Source: Gammaproteobacteria bacterium (GTDB lineage: Bacteria; Pseudomonadota; Gammaproteobacteria; Xanthomonadales; Xanthomonadaceae). From it: a DNA stretch of 38,255 nucleotides. Shown here piece by piece: positions 9,093 to 18,051 of this stretch; position 1 is the stretch's first letter, and each line of letters starts with the position of its first letter. A model generated the notes under the pieces. That model was given only the letters and a program-made list of their open reading frames with translations. It had not been told where the DNA came from and made no database searches. The position numbers were made by a program, and so were the translations under genes. The stretch covers positions 1 to 38,255 of the forward strand of contig JAUIJO010000001.1 of assembly GCA_030431185.1 (NCBI GenBank). Direction: 5' to 3'.

Positions 9093-10658
9093 ATGAAAGT
9101 CCTGGCCTGCGATGGCATCCATGAAGACGGCCTGATCCTGTTCCGCGACGCGGGATGGGAGGTCGAAGTCGCCCCCGAACCGATCAAGGACCCCGACGCG
9201 CTGGCCGACAAGCTCGCGGATTTCGACGCGATCCTGGTCCGCTCGTCCACCAAGGTGCCGGCCACGGCGCTTGCGCGGGCCGACAAGCTGAAGGTGATCG
9301 GTCGCGCCGGCGCCGGCGTCGACACCATCGACGTGGACGCGGCGACCGCCCGCGGCATCGCGGTGATGAACGCCCCCGACGGCAACACCCTGGCCGCGGC
9401 CGAGCACGCGATCTCCCTGTTGTTCGCGCTGGCGCGCCACATCCCGCGCGCCGACGCGGGCATGAAGGCGGGCGGCTGGCCGAAGGCCGGCCTGACCGGC
9501 TTCGAGCTCGAGGGCAAGAAGCTCGGCGTCATCGGCCTGGGGCGCATCGGCAGCACCGTGGCGCGCAAGGCCGCCGGCATCGGCATGGAAGTCGCCGCGC
9601 ACGATCCCTTCCTGCCGGCCGCCGCGGCCGCCAAGGGCAGCGTGAAGCTCAAGAGCCTGGACGAGCTGCTGGCCTGGGCCGACATCATCACCCTGCACAT
9701 CCCGCGCACCAAGGAAACCACCAACCTGCTGTCGGAAGCGCGCATGCGCTCGATGAAGAAGGGGGCCTACCTGATCAACGCCGCGCGCGGCGGCCTGGTC
9801 GACGAGTCCGCGCTGATCCAGTTGCTCGACGAAGACCACCTGGCCGGCGCCGCGCTGGACACCTTCGTCACCGAGCCGCTGCAGGCCGAGTCGCCGCTTC
9901 GCGGCCATCCGAAGCTGATCCTGACCCCGCACCTGGGCGCGTCGACCAGCGAGGCGCAGCAGGCGGTCAGCACGATCCTGGCGCGCCAGATCATCGATTT
10001 CGTCGCCACCGGCGCGGTCGCCGGTTGCGTCAACCTGCCGCCGCTCACCGCCGAGGCCGCGCGCGAAGTCGGGCCGTGGATGCCGCTGATGTCCTCGCTC
10101 GGGCGCCTGGCCTCGCGCCTGGTCCCGGCGCCGACGCGCCTGCACATCACCTATGCCGGCCGCACCGAGGCCCTCGATACCCGGCCGCTGACCCGTCTGC
10201 TGGTCGCCGCGCTGATGGGCACCGCCTCAGGCCGTGTCACCCCGGTGAACGCCCTGCACGAGGCGGCGGCGCGCGGACTGACCGTGGCCGAGACGGTCGG
10301 GGGCGACAGCGACGGCTTCGATCGCCTGCTCCGCCTGCGCATCGAGAGCGAGGAGCGGACCCGCGAGGTCGAGGCCACGCTGCATCGCGGGCCGCGCGTG
10401 GTGCGCCTGGACGGCGTCGAGATCGAGTTCGATCCCGCTGCCCCGGTGTTGCTGATGCGCAATGAGGATCGTCCCGGCATGATCGGCACCGTCGGCTCCA
10501 AGCTGGGTGCGGCGGGCGTGAACATCGTCAATTTCGCCCTGGGCGCCGCCGGCGATGGCCAGGCGCGCGCGGCGATCACCGTCGACCGGGCCGTGACCGA
10601 GGACGAACTCGCGGCGCTGGCCGCCGTCCCCGGCATCCTGTCGCTGAGGCAGGTCTGA
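9093..10658 (+). CDS. serA: D-3-phosphoglycerate dehydrogenase, long (type I, ASB+ACT) form
   Basis: MKVLACD start with SD GGAG; GRAGAGVDTID, GLGRIG, NAARGGLVDE and TPHLGAST motifs; ~200-aa C-terminal extension ending in an ACT-like NEDRPGMIGTVGSKLG..GVNI. 521 aa. Confidence 0.93.
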   Translation: MKVLACDGIHEDGLILFRDAGWEVEVAPEPIKDPDALADKLADFDAILVRSSTKVPATALARADKLKVIGRAGAGVDTIDVDAATARGIAVMNAPDGNTLAAAEHAISLLFALARHIPRADAGMKAGGWPKAGLTGFELEGKKLGVIGLGRIGSTVARKAAGIGMEVAAHDPFLPAAAAAKGSVKLKSLDELLAWADIITLHIPRTKETTNLLSEARMRSMKKGAYLINAARGGLVDESALIQLLDEDHLAGAALDTFVTEPLQAESPLRGHPKLILTPHLGASTSEAQQAVSTILARQIIDFVATGAVAGCVNLPPLTAEAAREVGPWMPLMSSLGRLASRLVPAPTRLHITYAGRTEALDTRPLTRLLVAALMGTASGRVTPVNALHEAAARGLTVAETVGGDSDGFDRLLRLRIESEERTREVEATLHRGPRVVRLDGVEIEFDPAAPVLLMRNEDRPGMIGTVGSKLGAAGVNIVNFALGAAGDGQARAAITVDRAVTEDELAALAAVPGILSLRQV

Positions 10659-11305
10659 TGCGCGTCCTGCTCGCCCGCCACGGGGAGACGCCGTGGAACG
10701 CCGAAGGCCGCTACCAGGGCCAGGAGGACATTCCCCTGTCGCCGGTCGGCGAAGCGCAGGCCCGGGCGCTGGGCCAGCGCCTGCAAGATGCCGGGATCAC
10801 CCGCGCCGTGGCCTCGCCGCTGGCGCGCGCGCGCCGTACGGCGCAACTCGCGCTCGACGCACGCGCCGACATGCTCGAGACGGACCCGGGGCTGATGGAG
10901 ATCGGCCACGGCGACTGGGAAGGCCTGCTCGCCAGCGAGATCCACGCGCGCGATCCGCAGCGCCTCAAGGCCTGGCGCGAGGCGCCCGACACCGTGCTGA
11001 TGCCGGGGCAGGGCGGCGAGTCGCTGCAACAGGTGTTCGACCGTGCATGGCCGGCGCTGCGGCGGGCCGGGGACGGACTGGGCCCCGACGACACGTTGCT
11101 GGTGGTCGCGCACGATGCCGTCAACCGGGTGATCCTGTGCCACCTGCTCGGCATCCCCTTCAATCGACTGTGGACCTTCCGCCAGGCACCGACCACGCTC
11201 AACCTGCTGGAGGGCGACAGCGTCGAGGCGCTCGATATCGTGCGCCTGAACGACTGCAGCCACCACACCGCGCTGTTCGGGGAAGCGGTGCACCGGGCGC
11301 TCTGA
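10658..11305 (+). CDS. histidine phosphatase family protein, probable metal-independent phosphoserine phosphatase
   Basis: RHGET.WN..GRYQG, SPLARA, EIGHGDWEG, VAHDAVNR and C-terminal LNDCSHH. Its start overlaps the serA stop (TGATG). Confidence 0.85.
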   Translation: MRVLLARHGETPWNAEGRYQGQEDIPLSPVGEAQARALGQRLQDAGITRAVASPLARARRTAQLALDARADMLETDPGLMEIGHGDWEGLLASEIHARDPQRLKAWREAPDTVLMPGQGGESLQQVFDRAWPALRRAGDGLGPDDTLLVVAHDAVNRVILCHLLGIPFNRLWTFRQAPTTLNLLEGDSVEALDIVRLNDCSHHTALFGEAVHRAL

Positions 11306-11320
11306 TCGCCCCGCCGGAAT

Positions 11321-11350
11321 GCGGAAGCCACGCCGGCGCGTGGCTTCCGC
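11321..11350. terminator. hairpin between convergent genes (bidirectional terminator candidate)
   Basis: GCGGAAGCCACG-CCGGCG-CGTGGCTTCCGC perfect 12-bp stem. Confidence 0.65.
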
Positions 11351-11360
11351 GGCCGCCGAC

Positions 11361-11579
11361 TTACGGCAGGTTGCAGAACAGGTGGCCGTTGGCCACCGCA
11401 TTCGGGGTCCGCGTGCCGCTGTAGCTGAAGGCGCCGTCGCAGCTCACCGAGTAGGTGCCGACCACGTTGCCGTCGGCGTCCAGGTAGACGCCGAGTTCGC
11501 CATTCCTCGGTTTCGCCATGGCCACGCCCGCCGCGATGGCGAGAACGAGTCCGAGTCCGAGCATCACTTTCATACGCAT
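11361..11579 (-). CDS. small secreted protein (72 aa), DUF6289-like
   Basis: Signal peptide MRMKVMLGLGLVLAIAAGVAMA, then mature YLDADGNVVGTYSVSCDG...SGTRT...C with two Cys. Strong SD AAGGAG. Confidence 0.75.
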   Translation of the reverse strand: MRMKVMLGLGLVLAIAAGVAMAKPRNGELGVYLDADGNVVGTYSVSCDGAFSYSGTRTPNAVANGHLFCNLP

Positions 11580-11796
11580 GGCATTCGCTCCTTGTTGGGA
11601 ATTGCGTGGATATGCGGGTGTCGGCAGGCCGACCATGGATTCTTGGCCCGGTACGCCCGCGCGTGCGTCAACACCGGGTGACGTGGGTGGGTTTTCCGCA
11701 CTGCGATTCTCGATGTGTGCGGCATCGTCCATAATTCCCGTGAACCCGGTGCGATCCGCACTGCGAACTGCACCCCTGTCATTCATGGAGTTGAAC

Positions 11797-13059
11797 GTGC
11801 CAACGCTTGCCCAGTGGCTGGAGCGCATCGAGCGCCAGCATCCGCGGGCCATCGACATGGGGCTCGAGCGCATCGCCGTGGTGGCCGGCCGCATGGGCCT
11901 GTCGCGACCCGCGCGGCACGTCGTCACCGTGGGCGGCACCAATGGCAAGGGATCGACCGTCGCGTTCATCGAGGCCATCGCCCGCGCCGCCGGCCTGTCC
12001 GTCGGTGCCTACACCTCGCCGCACCTGCGGGCCTACAACGAACGTGTCCGCATCAATGGCGTGGATGCCAGCGACGACGAGCTCGTCCAGGCCCTTGAGG
12101 CGGTGGAGGCCGCGCGGGGCGGGACGACGCTGACCTATTTCGAACATGGGACGCTGGCGGCCCTGTGGTTGTTCGAGCGCGCGGGGCTGGACCTGGCCAT
12201 CCTCGAAGTCGGCCTGGGTGGCCGCCTGGACGCGACCAACATCGTCGACCCCGACGTCGCCGTGGTCACCACCGTCGACCTCGACCACCAGGCCTGGCTG
12301 GGCGGGGACCGCGAGCGCATCGGTCGCGAGAAGGCCGGCATCGCGCGGGCCTGGACGCCGCTGGTCATCGGCGACGACGATCCGCCGTCGAGCGTCCTCC
12401 GGCATGCCTACGCCGTAGGCGCCTCGGCGATCCGCGTGGGCTGCGACTTCTTCTTCTCCCCGCCACCGGACGGGGGAACGCACTGGTCGTGGCGCGAGGT
12501 GGGCTGCGAACTCGAACTGCCGTTGCCCCCGCTGGCCGCGCCGGTGCAACTGCGCAATGCGGCCGTCGCCATCGCCGCGGTGCGCGCGCTCGACGTGCCG
12601 GTGTCGGCCCGCCACTTCGAACAGGGCGTGGCGACGGCCTCGCTGTCCGGTCGACTGCAGCGCTTCGAGCGCGACGGGATCGAAGTGATGGTCGACGTCG
12701 GGCACAACCCGCAGGCCGCCAGGGCGCTGGCGGAGTACCTCGCCGCGGGCGGCCCCGGCGGTCGCGTGCATGCGGTTTACGCGGCGCTGGATGACAAGGA
12801 TGCCCCCGGCGTCGTGGAAGCCCTGGCGGCGCAGGTCGGGCACTGGTACCTGGCCGGCTCGAGCGACGCGGGTCCGCGTGGACAGGGCGCGGACGCCCTG
12901 GCCGATCGCCTGGCCGGTACGGTGGCCGGGCGGGCGCCCCGCCATGACACCGTCGCCGATGCCCTGGACGCGGCGTTGGCGGCGGCCGTGCCCGGCGACC
13001 GGGTGCTGGTGTTCGGCTCGTTCCATGCCGCCGCCGCGGGCCTGGCGGTGCTGGCCTGA
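11797..13059 (+). CDS. folC: bifunctional folylpolyglutamate synthase/dihydrofolate synthase
   Basis: TLAQWLERIE..HP..IDMGLER, GTNGKGST P-loop, YTSPHL, EVGLGGRLDATN, DVGHNPQA and FGSF motifs. GTG start with GGAG 6 nt upstream (alternative ATG at 11785). Confidence 0.95.
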   Translation: MPTLAQWLERIERQHPRAIDMGLERIAVVAGRMGLSRPARHVVTVGGTNGKGSTVAFIEAIARAAGLSVGAYTSPHLRAYNERVRINGVDASDDELVQALEAVEAARGGTTLTYFEHGTLAALWLFERAGLDLAILEVGLGGRLDATNIVDPDVAVVTTVDLDHQAWLGGDRERIGREKAGIARAWTPLVIGDDDPPSSVLRHAYAVGASAIRVGCDFFFSPPPDGGTHWSWREVGCELELPLPPLAAPVQLRNAAVAIAAVRALDVPVSARHFEQGVATASLSGRLQRFERDGIEVMVDVGHNPQAARALAEYLAAGGPGGRVHAVYAALDDKDAPGVVEALAAQVGHWYLAGSSDAGPRGQGADALADRLAGTVAGRAPRHDTVADALDAALAAAVPGDRVLVFGSFHAAAAGLAVLA

Positions 13060-13164
13060 GCCATCCCCGTGTGCGCGGGATGAATGAAGCGCCCGCCGGG
13101 TCTCGGGTCGGGGCGCCAGCGAGGGTATAATCGCGCCGCGACACGCCTTCGGCCTGCGAGACCC

Positions 13165-14121
13165 ATGGAACCAGCCCTGAAACAGCGCTTGATCGGTGCG
13201 ATCGTCCTGGTCGCGCTCGCCGTGATCTTCCTGCCCATGCTGATCAAGGGCCCGGCGCCGGAGAGCGGCGTGGCCGACTTGCCGCTGGACATGCCGGAAG
13301 CCCCTAAGGGCGAGTTCGAGACCCGTGAACTGCCGCTCGTGACGCCCGGTGCCGCCCCCGAGGGTGGCGTGGTGGGCATGCCCTCGGGCGAGAGCCTGCC
13401 GACGGTGGATACCCGCGATGCCGCCGCTGGCGCCCCGGACCCGGGCGACCCCGCCCTGCCGGTGACGACGGCCGCCGGCGCGTATGCCCTGGGCTTTGGT
13501 ACCTACGCCAGCAGCCAGGATGCCGGGCGGGTCCTGAAGGCGCTCGCCGACAGGCGCCTGACGGGTTTCCAGGACACGGTGGAAGGCAGCGACAACCGCA
13601 CCTTGTACCGCGTGCGCATCGGCCCCTATGCCACCCGAGAGGATGCCGAGGCCGCGCGCGTCGTGGCGGCGGCGGTGAATCCACAGATCGATGTCCGCGT
13701 CATCGTGCTGGACGCCGATGCGGCCGAGCCCGCGGCACCGGTGGCCACGGCGCCCGCCCCCCGGGACGAGCCTCCTGCACCGGCCGCGCCGGCACCAGGG
13801 CCCGCGACGACCGAGCCGGTCGCGGCGACGCCGGCGCCCGCCGCACCGGCGCCCTCGCCCGCGAAGCCGGCGCCGTCGGCGGACACCGTGGGTTTCGCCG
13901 TGCAGCTGGCGGCATTCAGCCATGCCGACGAGGCCACCAAACTGCGCGATCGTGCGCGGGCGGCGGGATTCAGCGCCTTCATCGAAACGGTGGACACCGA
14001 CAAGGGCACCTTGAGCCGCGTGCGGGTGGGGCCGGTCGCCGACCGCGCCGAAGCCGAGGCGCTCAAGGCCCGGGTGGCCGCCCGCCTGGGCATCACCGGC
14101 ATCGTGCAACCGCACCCCTGA
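13165..14121 (+). CDS. dedD: DedD-like cell division protein with two SPOR domains
   Basis: LKQRLIGAIVLVALAVIFLPML N-terminal TM; two SPOR-like repeats (LYRVRIGPYATREDAE; FAVQLAAFS...SRVRVGP) joined by a Pro/Ala linker; located between folC and cvpA; TATAAT at 13126-13131. Confidence 0.88.
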   Translation: MEPALKQRLIGAIVLVALAVIFLPMLIKGPAPESGVADLPLDMPEAPKGEFETRELPLVTPGAAPEGGVVGMPSGESLPTVDTRDAAAGAPDPGDPALPVTTAAGAYALGFGTYASSQDAGRVLKALADRRLTGFQDTVEGSDNRTLYRVRIGPYATREDAEAARVVAAAVNPQIDVRVIVLDADAAEPAAPVATAPAPRDEPPAPAAPAPGPATTEPVAATPAPAAPAPSPAKPAPSADTVGFAVQLAAFSHADEATKLRDRARAAGFSAFIETVDTDKGTLSRVRVGPVADRAEAEALKARVAARLGITGIVQPHP

Positions 14122-14164
14122 TGGCAGCCGCGTCGGGGACAGCCGGATCGCGGACGGGCCTGCG

Positions 14165-14779
14165 ATGACCGCGATCGACTGGGTCCTGCTGGCCATCGTG
14201 TTGATGTCGGCGCTGTTCGGCGCGATGCGCGGGCTGGTCGGCGTCATCGCGTCGCTGGCGGCCTGGGTGCTGGGTGGCTGGGCGGCGTTCCGTTTCGGAG
14301 GCGACGCCGCGACCCTGCTCGCCGGCGGCGCCGCGCCCAGCACCGGGCAGCTGTTCGCCGGCTACGCGTTGAGTTTCATCGCCGTCATGATCGGGGTCGG
14401 CCTGGTCGGATGGCTGGTCAGGAAGCTCCTGCACTCGGTGGGGCTGTCGGGCCTGGACCGGATGCTGGGCCTGCTGTTCGGACTGGTGCGCGGCGGCTTC
14501 ATCGCCTGCGTGCTGGTGCTGCTGCTGGGCTTCACCTCGCTGCCCCGGGAGCCGGAGTGGCAAGGCTCGCGCCTGGTCCCGCTGGTGATGCCGGGTGCGC
14601 GCTGGCTGCAGGCATGGCTGCCGGACTGGGCAGCGCACGAGATCGATTTCAGCGGCGTGGTACCGGCCCTTCCCGGCTTGCAGGGACCCCCCGCTCAGGA
14701 CACCGAACCCGGTACGGAGCTCCCCGCTCCCGTACCCCAGGCGGCCCCGGCCGCAGAAGCGCAACCCCAGGACTCATAA
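14165..14779 (+). CDS. cvpA: CvpA family (colicin V production) membrane protein
   Basis: [20 protein letters not shown]...[18 protein letters not shown] motifs; canonical position upstream of purF. Confidence 0.92.
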   Translation: MTAIDWVLLAIVLMSALFGAMRGLVGVIASLAAWVLGGWAAFRFGGDAATLLAGGAAPSTGQLFAGYALSFIAVMIGVGLVGWLVRKLLHSVGLSGLDRMLGLLFGLVRGGFIACVLVLLLGFTSLPREPEWQGSRLVPLVMPGARWLQAWLPDWAAHEIDFSGVVPALPGLQGPPAQDTEPGTELPAPVPQAAPAAEAQPQDS

Positions 14780-14781
14780 CG

Positions 14782-16251
14782 ATGTGCGGCATTATCGGTA
14801 TCGTCGGCCATAACGACGTCGCAGCCCAGTTGTACGACGGCCTCACGGTGCTCCAGCACCGGGGCCAGGACGCCGCCGGCATCGCCACGGCCAAGGGCAC
14901 GCGGCTGCGCGTGCACAAGGGCAATGGCCTGGTGCGCGATGTCTTCGACCAGGCATCGATGCAGCAGTTGCAGGGCAACCTGGGCATCGGCCATTGCCGT
15001 TACCCCACCGCCGGCAGCGAGGGCCATGACGAGGCGCAGCCGTTCTACGTCAACTCGCCCTACGGCATCGTGCTGGCGCACAACGGCAATCTCATCAACA
15101 CCGAGGCCTTGCGCGACGAGGTGTTCGCCGAGGATCGCCGCAACGTCAACACCGAGTCCGACTCCGAGGTCCTGCTCAACGTGTTCGCGCACGAGCTGGA
15201 TACCCGCAAGGGCCTGAACCCGGACACCGTGTTCACCGCCATCGAGGGCGTGCACCGGCGGTGCGAGGGCGGCTACGCCGTGGTCGCCGCGGTGCTCGGG
15301 CTGGGGCTGGTCGCGTTCCGCGACCCCAACGGCATCCGTCCGCTGGTGCTCGGGAAACGCACCCGGGACGGCCGCGACGAATATGCCGTGGCCAGCGAGT
15401 CGGTCGCGCTCGACCTGACCGGCTTCCAGCGCGTGCGCGACGTGCGTCCGGGCGAGGGCATCGTCGTCACCGACGACGGCGAACTGCACGAACGCGCCTG
15501 TGCCGAGCCGCGCACGCATACGCCGTGCATCTTCGAGTACGTCTATTTCGCCCGCCCGGACTCGATGATGGACGACGTGTCGGTCCACAAGGCGCGCATG
15601 CGCATGGGCCAGAAGCTGGGCGAGAAGATCCTGCGCCTGCGTCCGGACCACGACATCGACACCGTCATCCCGATCCCGGACTCCTCGCGCGACGCCGCGC
15701 TCGAAGTCGCCCACGTGCTGGGGGTGAAGTACCGGGAGGGCTTCATCAAGAACCGCTACGTCGGCCGCACCTTCATCATGCCCGGGCAGGGCGAGCGCGC
15801 GAAGTCGGTGCGCCGCAAGCTCAACCCCATCCCGCTGGAGTTCCGCAACCGCGTGGTCCTGCTGGTGGACGACTCCATCGTCCGCGGCACCACCTCGCAA
15901 CAGATCGTGCAGATGGCGCGGGAAGCCGGCGCGCGCAAGGTCTACCTGGCCTCGGCGGCGCCGCCGGTGCGCCATCCCAACATCTACGGCATCGACATGC
16001 CGACCCGGGAGGAGCTGATCGCCTACAACCGCGACGAGAAGGACATCGAGAAGATCCTGGGCTGCGACTGGCTGATCTACCAGGACCTCGCGGACCTGGA
16101 GGAGGCGGTGTCCGGCCCCAAGCACCGGATCGCGCACTTCGATTCCTCGTGCTTCAACGGCGAGTACGTCACCGGGACCGCGGAAGACTATTTCGAGCGC
16201 ATCAAGCACCTGCGGTCGGACGAAGCCAAGAGCCAGCGCCGGGCCTCGTGA
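14782..16251 (+). CDS. purF: amidophosphoribosyltransferase
   Basis: MCGIIG Ntn start, [37 protein letters not shown] and PRPP-binding [10 protein letters not shown]. Confidence 0.98.
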   Translation: MCGIIGIVGHNDVAAQLYDGLTVLQHRGQDAAGIATAKGTRLRVHKGNGLVRDVFDQASMQQLQGNLGIGHCRYPTAGSEGHDEAQPFYVNSPYGIVLAHNGNLINTEALRDEVFAEDRRNVNTESDSEVLLNVFAHELDTRKGLNPDTVFTAIEGVHRRCEGGYAVVAAVLGLGLVAFRDPNGIRPLVLGKRTRDGRDEYAVASESVALDLTGFQRVRDVRPGEGIVVTDDGELHERACAEPRTHTPCIFEYVYFARPDSMMDDVSVHKARMRMGQKLGEKILRLRPDHDIDTVIPIPDSSRDAALEVAHVLGVKYREGFIKNRYVGRTFIMPGQGERAKSVRRKLNPIPLEFRNRVVLLVDDSIVRGTTSQQIVQMAREAGARKVYLASAAPPVRHPNIYGIDMPTREELIAYNRDEKDIEKILGCDWLIYQDLADLEEAVSGPKHRIAHFDSSCFNGEYVTGTAEDYFERIKHLRSDEAKSQRRAS

Positions 16252-16291
16252 AGCACGGGCGGCCCGGCGTGCGGGGGGCGCAGGCATCCCC

Positions 16292-17095
16292 ATGACATCC
16301 CTGTTCGACGTCGCGCGGGACTGCCTCGCGGCCGCTTCGCCGGAGGCCAAGGTGGCGGCCACGCGCTCCGCTGCCGGGGCGTTCGCGCGCGGCGAGCTGG
16401 CGATCCCCGCCGATGCGGCGCCACCCGACGCGATCCGCATGCCGGGCCGGCCGGGGCGACCGCGGCTGGTGCACCCGCGCGGCCTGCCGAGGCGCGGACT
16501 GGGCTCGGACGAAGGGCGTGCCGCCTTCATCCACGCCATCGCGCACATCGAGTTCAATGCCATCGACCTGGGCTGGGACGCGGTGTATCGCTTCCGCGGC
16601 CTGCCCGACGCGTTCTATGCCGACTGGGTGGGCGTCGCCGCCGACGAGGCGCGCCATTTCGACATGCTGCGCGGGCGCCTGCAGGCGCTGGGGTACGACT
16701 ACGGCGACTTTGACGCGCACAATGGCCTGTGGGAGATGGCCGAGAAGACGGCGCATGACGGACTGGCACGCATGGCCCTGGTGCCTCGCGTGCTGGAGGC
16801 GCGCGGCCTCGACGTCACCCCGGGCATGATCGTGAAGCTCCGCGCGCTCGGCGACGACGCCACTGCCGCCATCCTCGAGGTGATCCTGCGCGAGGAAGTG
16901 GCCCATGTCGCCGCCGGATCGCGCTGGTTCAACTGGTATTGCGAACGCGCCGGGGTCGCGCCGGCACCGCGTTTCCGCGAACTGCTCGATGAGTATGCGC
17001 GGGCGGTGTTGCACGGCCCCTTCAACCTGGAGGCCCGCAGTGCCGCCGGTTTCAGCGACGAGGAACTCGAAGCGCTCGCACGCGCGCTGGACTGA
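16292..17095 (+). CDS. ferritin-like domain protein (DUF455 family)
   Basis: [37 protein letters not shown] and [13 protein letters not shown] di-iron ExxH motifs. Confidence 0.9.
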   Translation: MTSLFDVARDCLAAASPEAKVAATRSAAGAFARGELAIPADAAPPDAIRMPGRPGRPRLVHPRGLPRRGLGSDEGRAAFIHAIAHIEFNAIDLGWDAVYRFRGLPDAFYADWVGVAADEARHFDMLRGRLQALGYDYGDFDAHNGLWEMAEKTAHDGLARMALVPRVLEARGLDVTPGMIVKLRALGDDATAAILEVILREEVAHVAAGSRWFNWYCERAGVAPAPRFRELLDEYARAVLHGPFNLEARSAAGFSDEELEALARALD

Positions 17096-17160
17096 GGCGC
17101 CCGTCCCTCCAGCATCCCCGTTTCACATCGCGAAATGGACGGAGGCAGGTCGCCGCGGCC

Positions 17161-17892
17161 TCAAAGGCCGGCGAGGCGCATGCCGTGCGCATCGGCGCGC
17201 AGCACCGAACCCTGTTCGTACCAGTCACCCAGGACGATGCGCTCGGCGCTGGATCCCTCGAGGTCGAGGGTGTGAACGGCGGGGCGATGGGTATGCCCGT
17301 GTATCAGCGTGGGGATACCGAAGCGGTGCAGTGTCAGGGCAACGGTCGTGGGCGCGACGTCGGTGATCGTCTCCATCGTGCCCTCGTCCTTCAGGCCCGA
17401 CTGGTGCCTGGCGCTGGCCTCGCGTGCCTGGCGCGCGAAGGCGAGGCGCGCGGGCAGCGGTTGCGACAGGAACTGCGCCTGCCAGCGCGGATCGCGCACC
17501 TGCGCGCGGAACTGCTGGTAGGCCACGTCGTCGGTGCACAGGAGGTCGCCATGCATCAGCAGCACCGGCTTGCCATGCAGCAGGATCACCGAGGGGTCGG
17601 GGAGCAGGGTCATGCCGGCGCGGCGCGCATAGTCCGCGCCCAGCAGGAAATCACGGTTCCCATGCATGAAGTACACCGGCACGCCGGCATCGACCAGGGC
17701 CCTTATTTCCTCCGCCACGGTGGCGCCGACCTCGGAGGGATCGTCGTCGCCGACCCAGGCCTCGAACAGGTCGCCGAGGATGTAGAGCGCGTCCGCCTGG
17801 CGGGCTTCGCCGCGCAGGAAATGGACGAACAGCTCGGTGATGCGGGGGCGCTCGGGGTCCAGGTGCAGGTCGGAGATGAAAAGGGTGGCCAT
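17161..17892 (-). CDS. lpxH: UDP-2,3-diacylglucosamine diphosphatase
   Basis: [46 protein letters not shown] and VLGDW motifs in the C-terminal part of the 931-aa listed ORF. Confidence 0.96.
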   Translation of the reverse strand: MATLFISDLHLDPERPRITELFVHFLRGEARQADALYILGDLFEAWVGDDDPSEVGATVAEEIRALVDAGVPVYFMHGNRDFLLGADYARRAGMTLLPDPSVILLHGKPVLLMHGDLLCTDDVAYQQFRAQVRDPRWQAQFLSQPLPARLAFARQAREASARHQSGLKDEGTMETITDVAPTTVALTLHRFGIPTLIHGHTHRPAVHTLDLEGSSAERIVLGDWYEQGSVLRADAHGMRLAGL

Positions 17893-18051
17893 GGGGGAAT
17901 TGTAGGGGACCGCGCGGACGTCGCCAGTGGGCGCGCGTCGACGAACGCCCGAAGGCTGGCCGCGAGGGCGCCGCGCCCGGTCGCGCCCGGCGCGGGATGT
18001 GCTGGCCGGCTTCCGGTAAAATGCGCGATTCCCCGCCTTCCCGAGTCCCGC

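Noticed and set aside
13720-13880. Repetitive GC-rich stretch in dedD
   Set aside because: It is explained by the Pro/Ala-rich protein linker.
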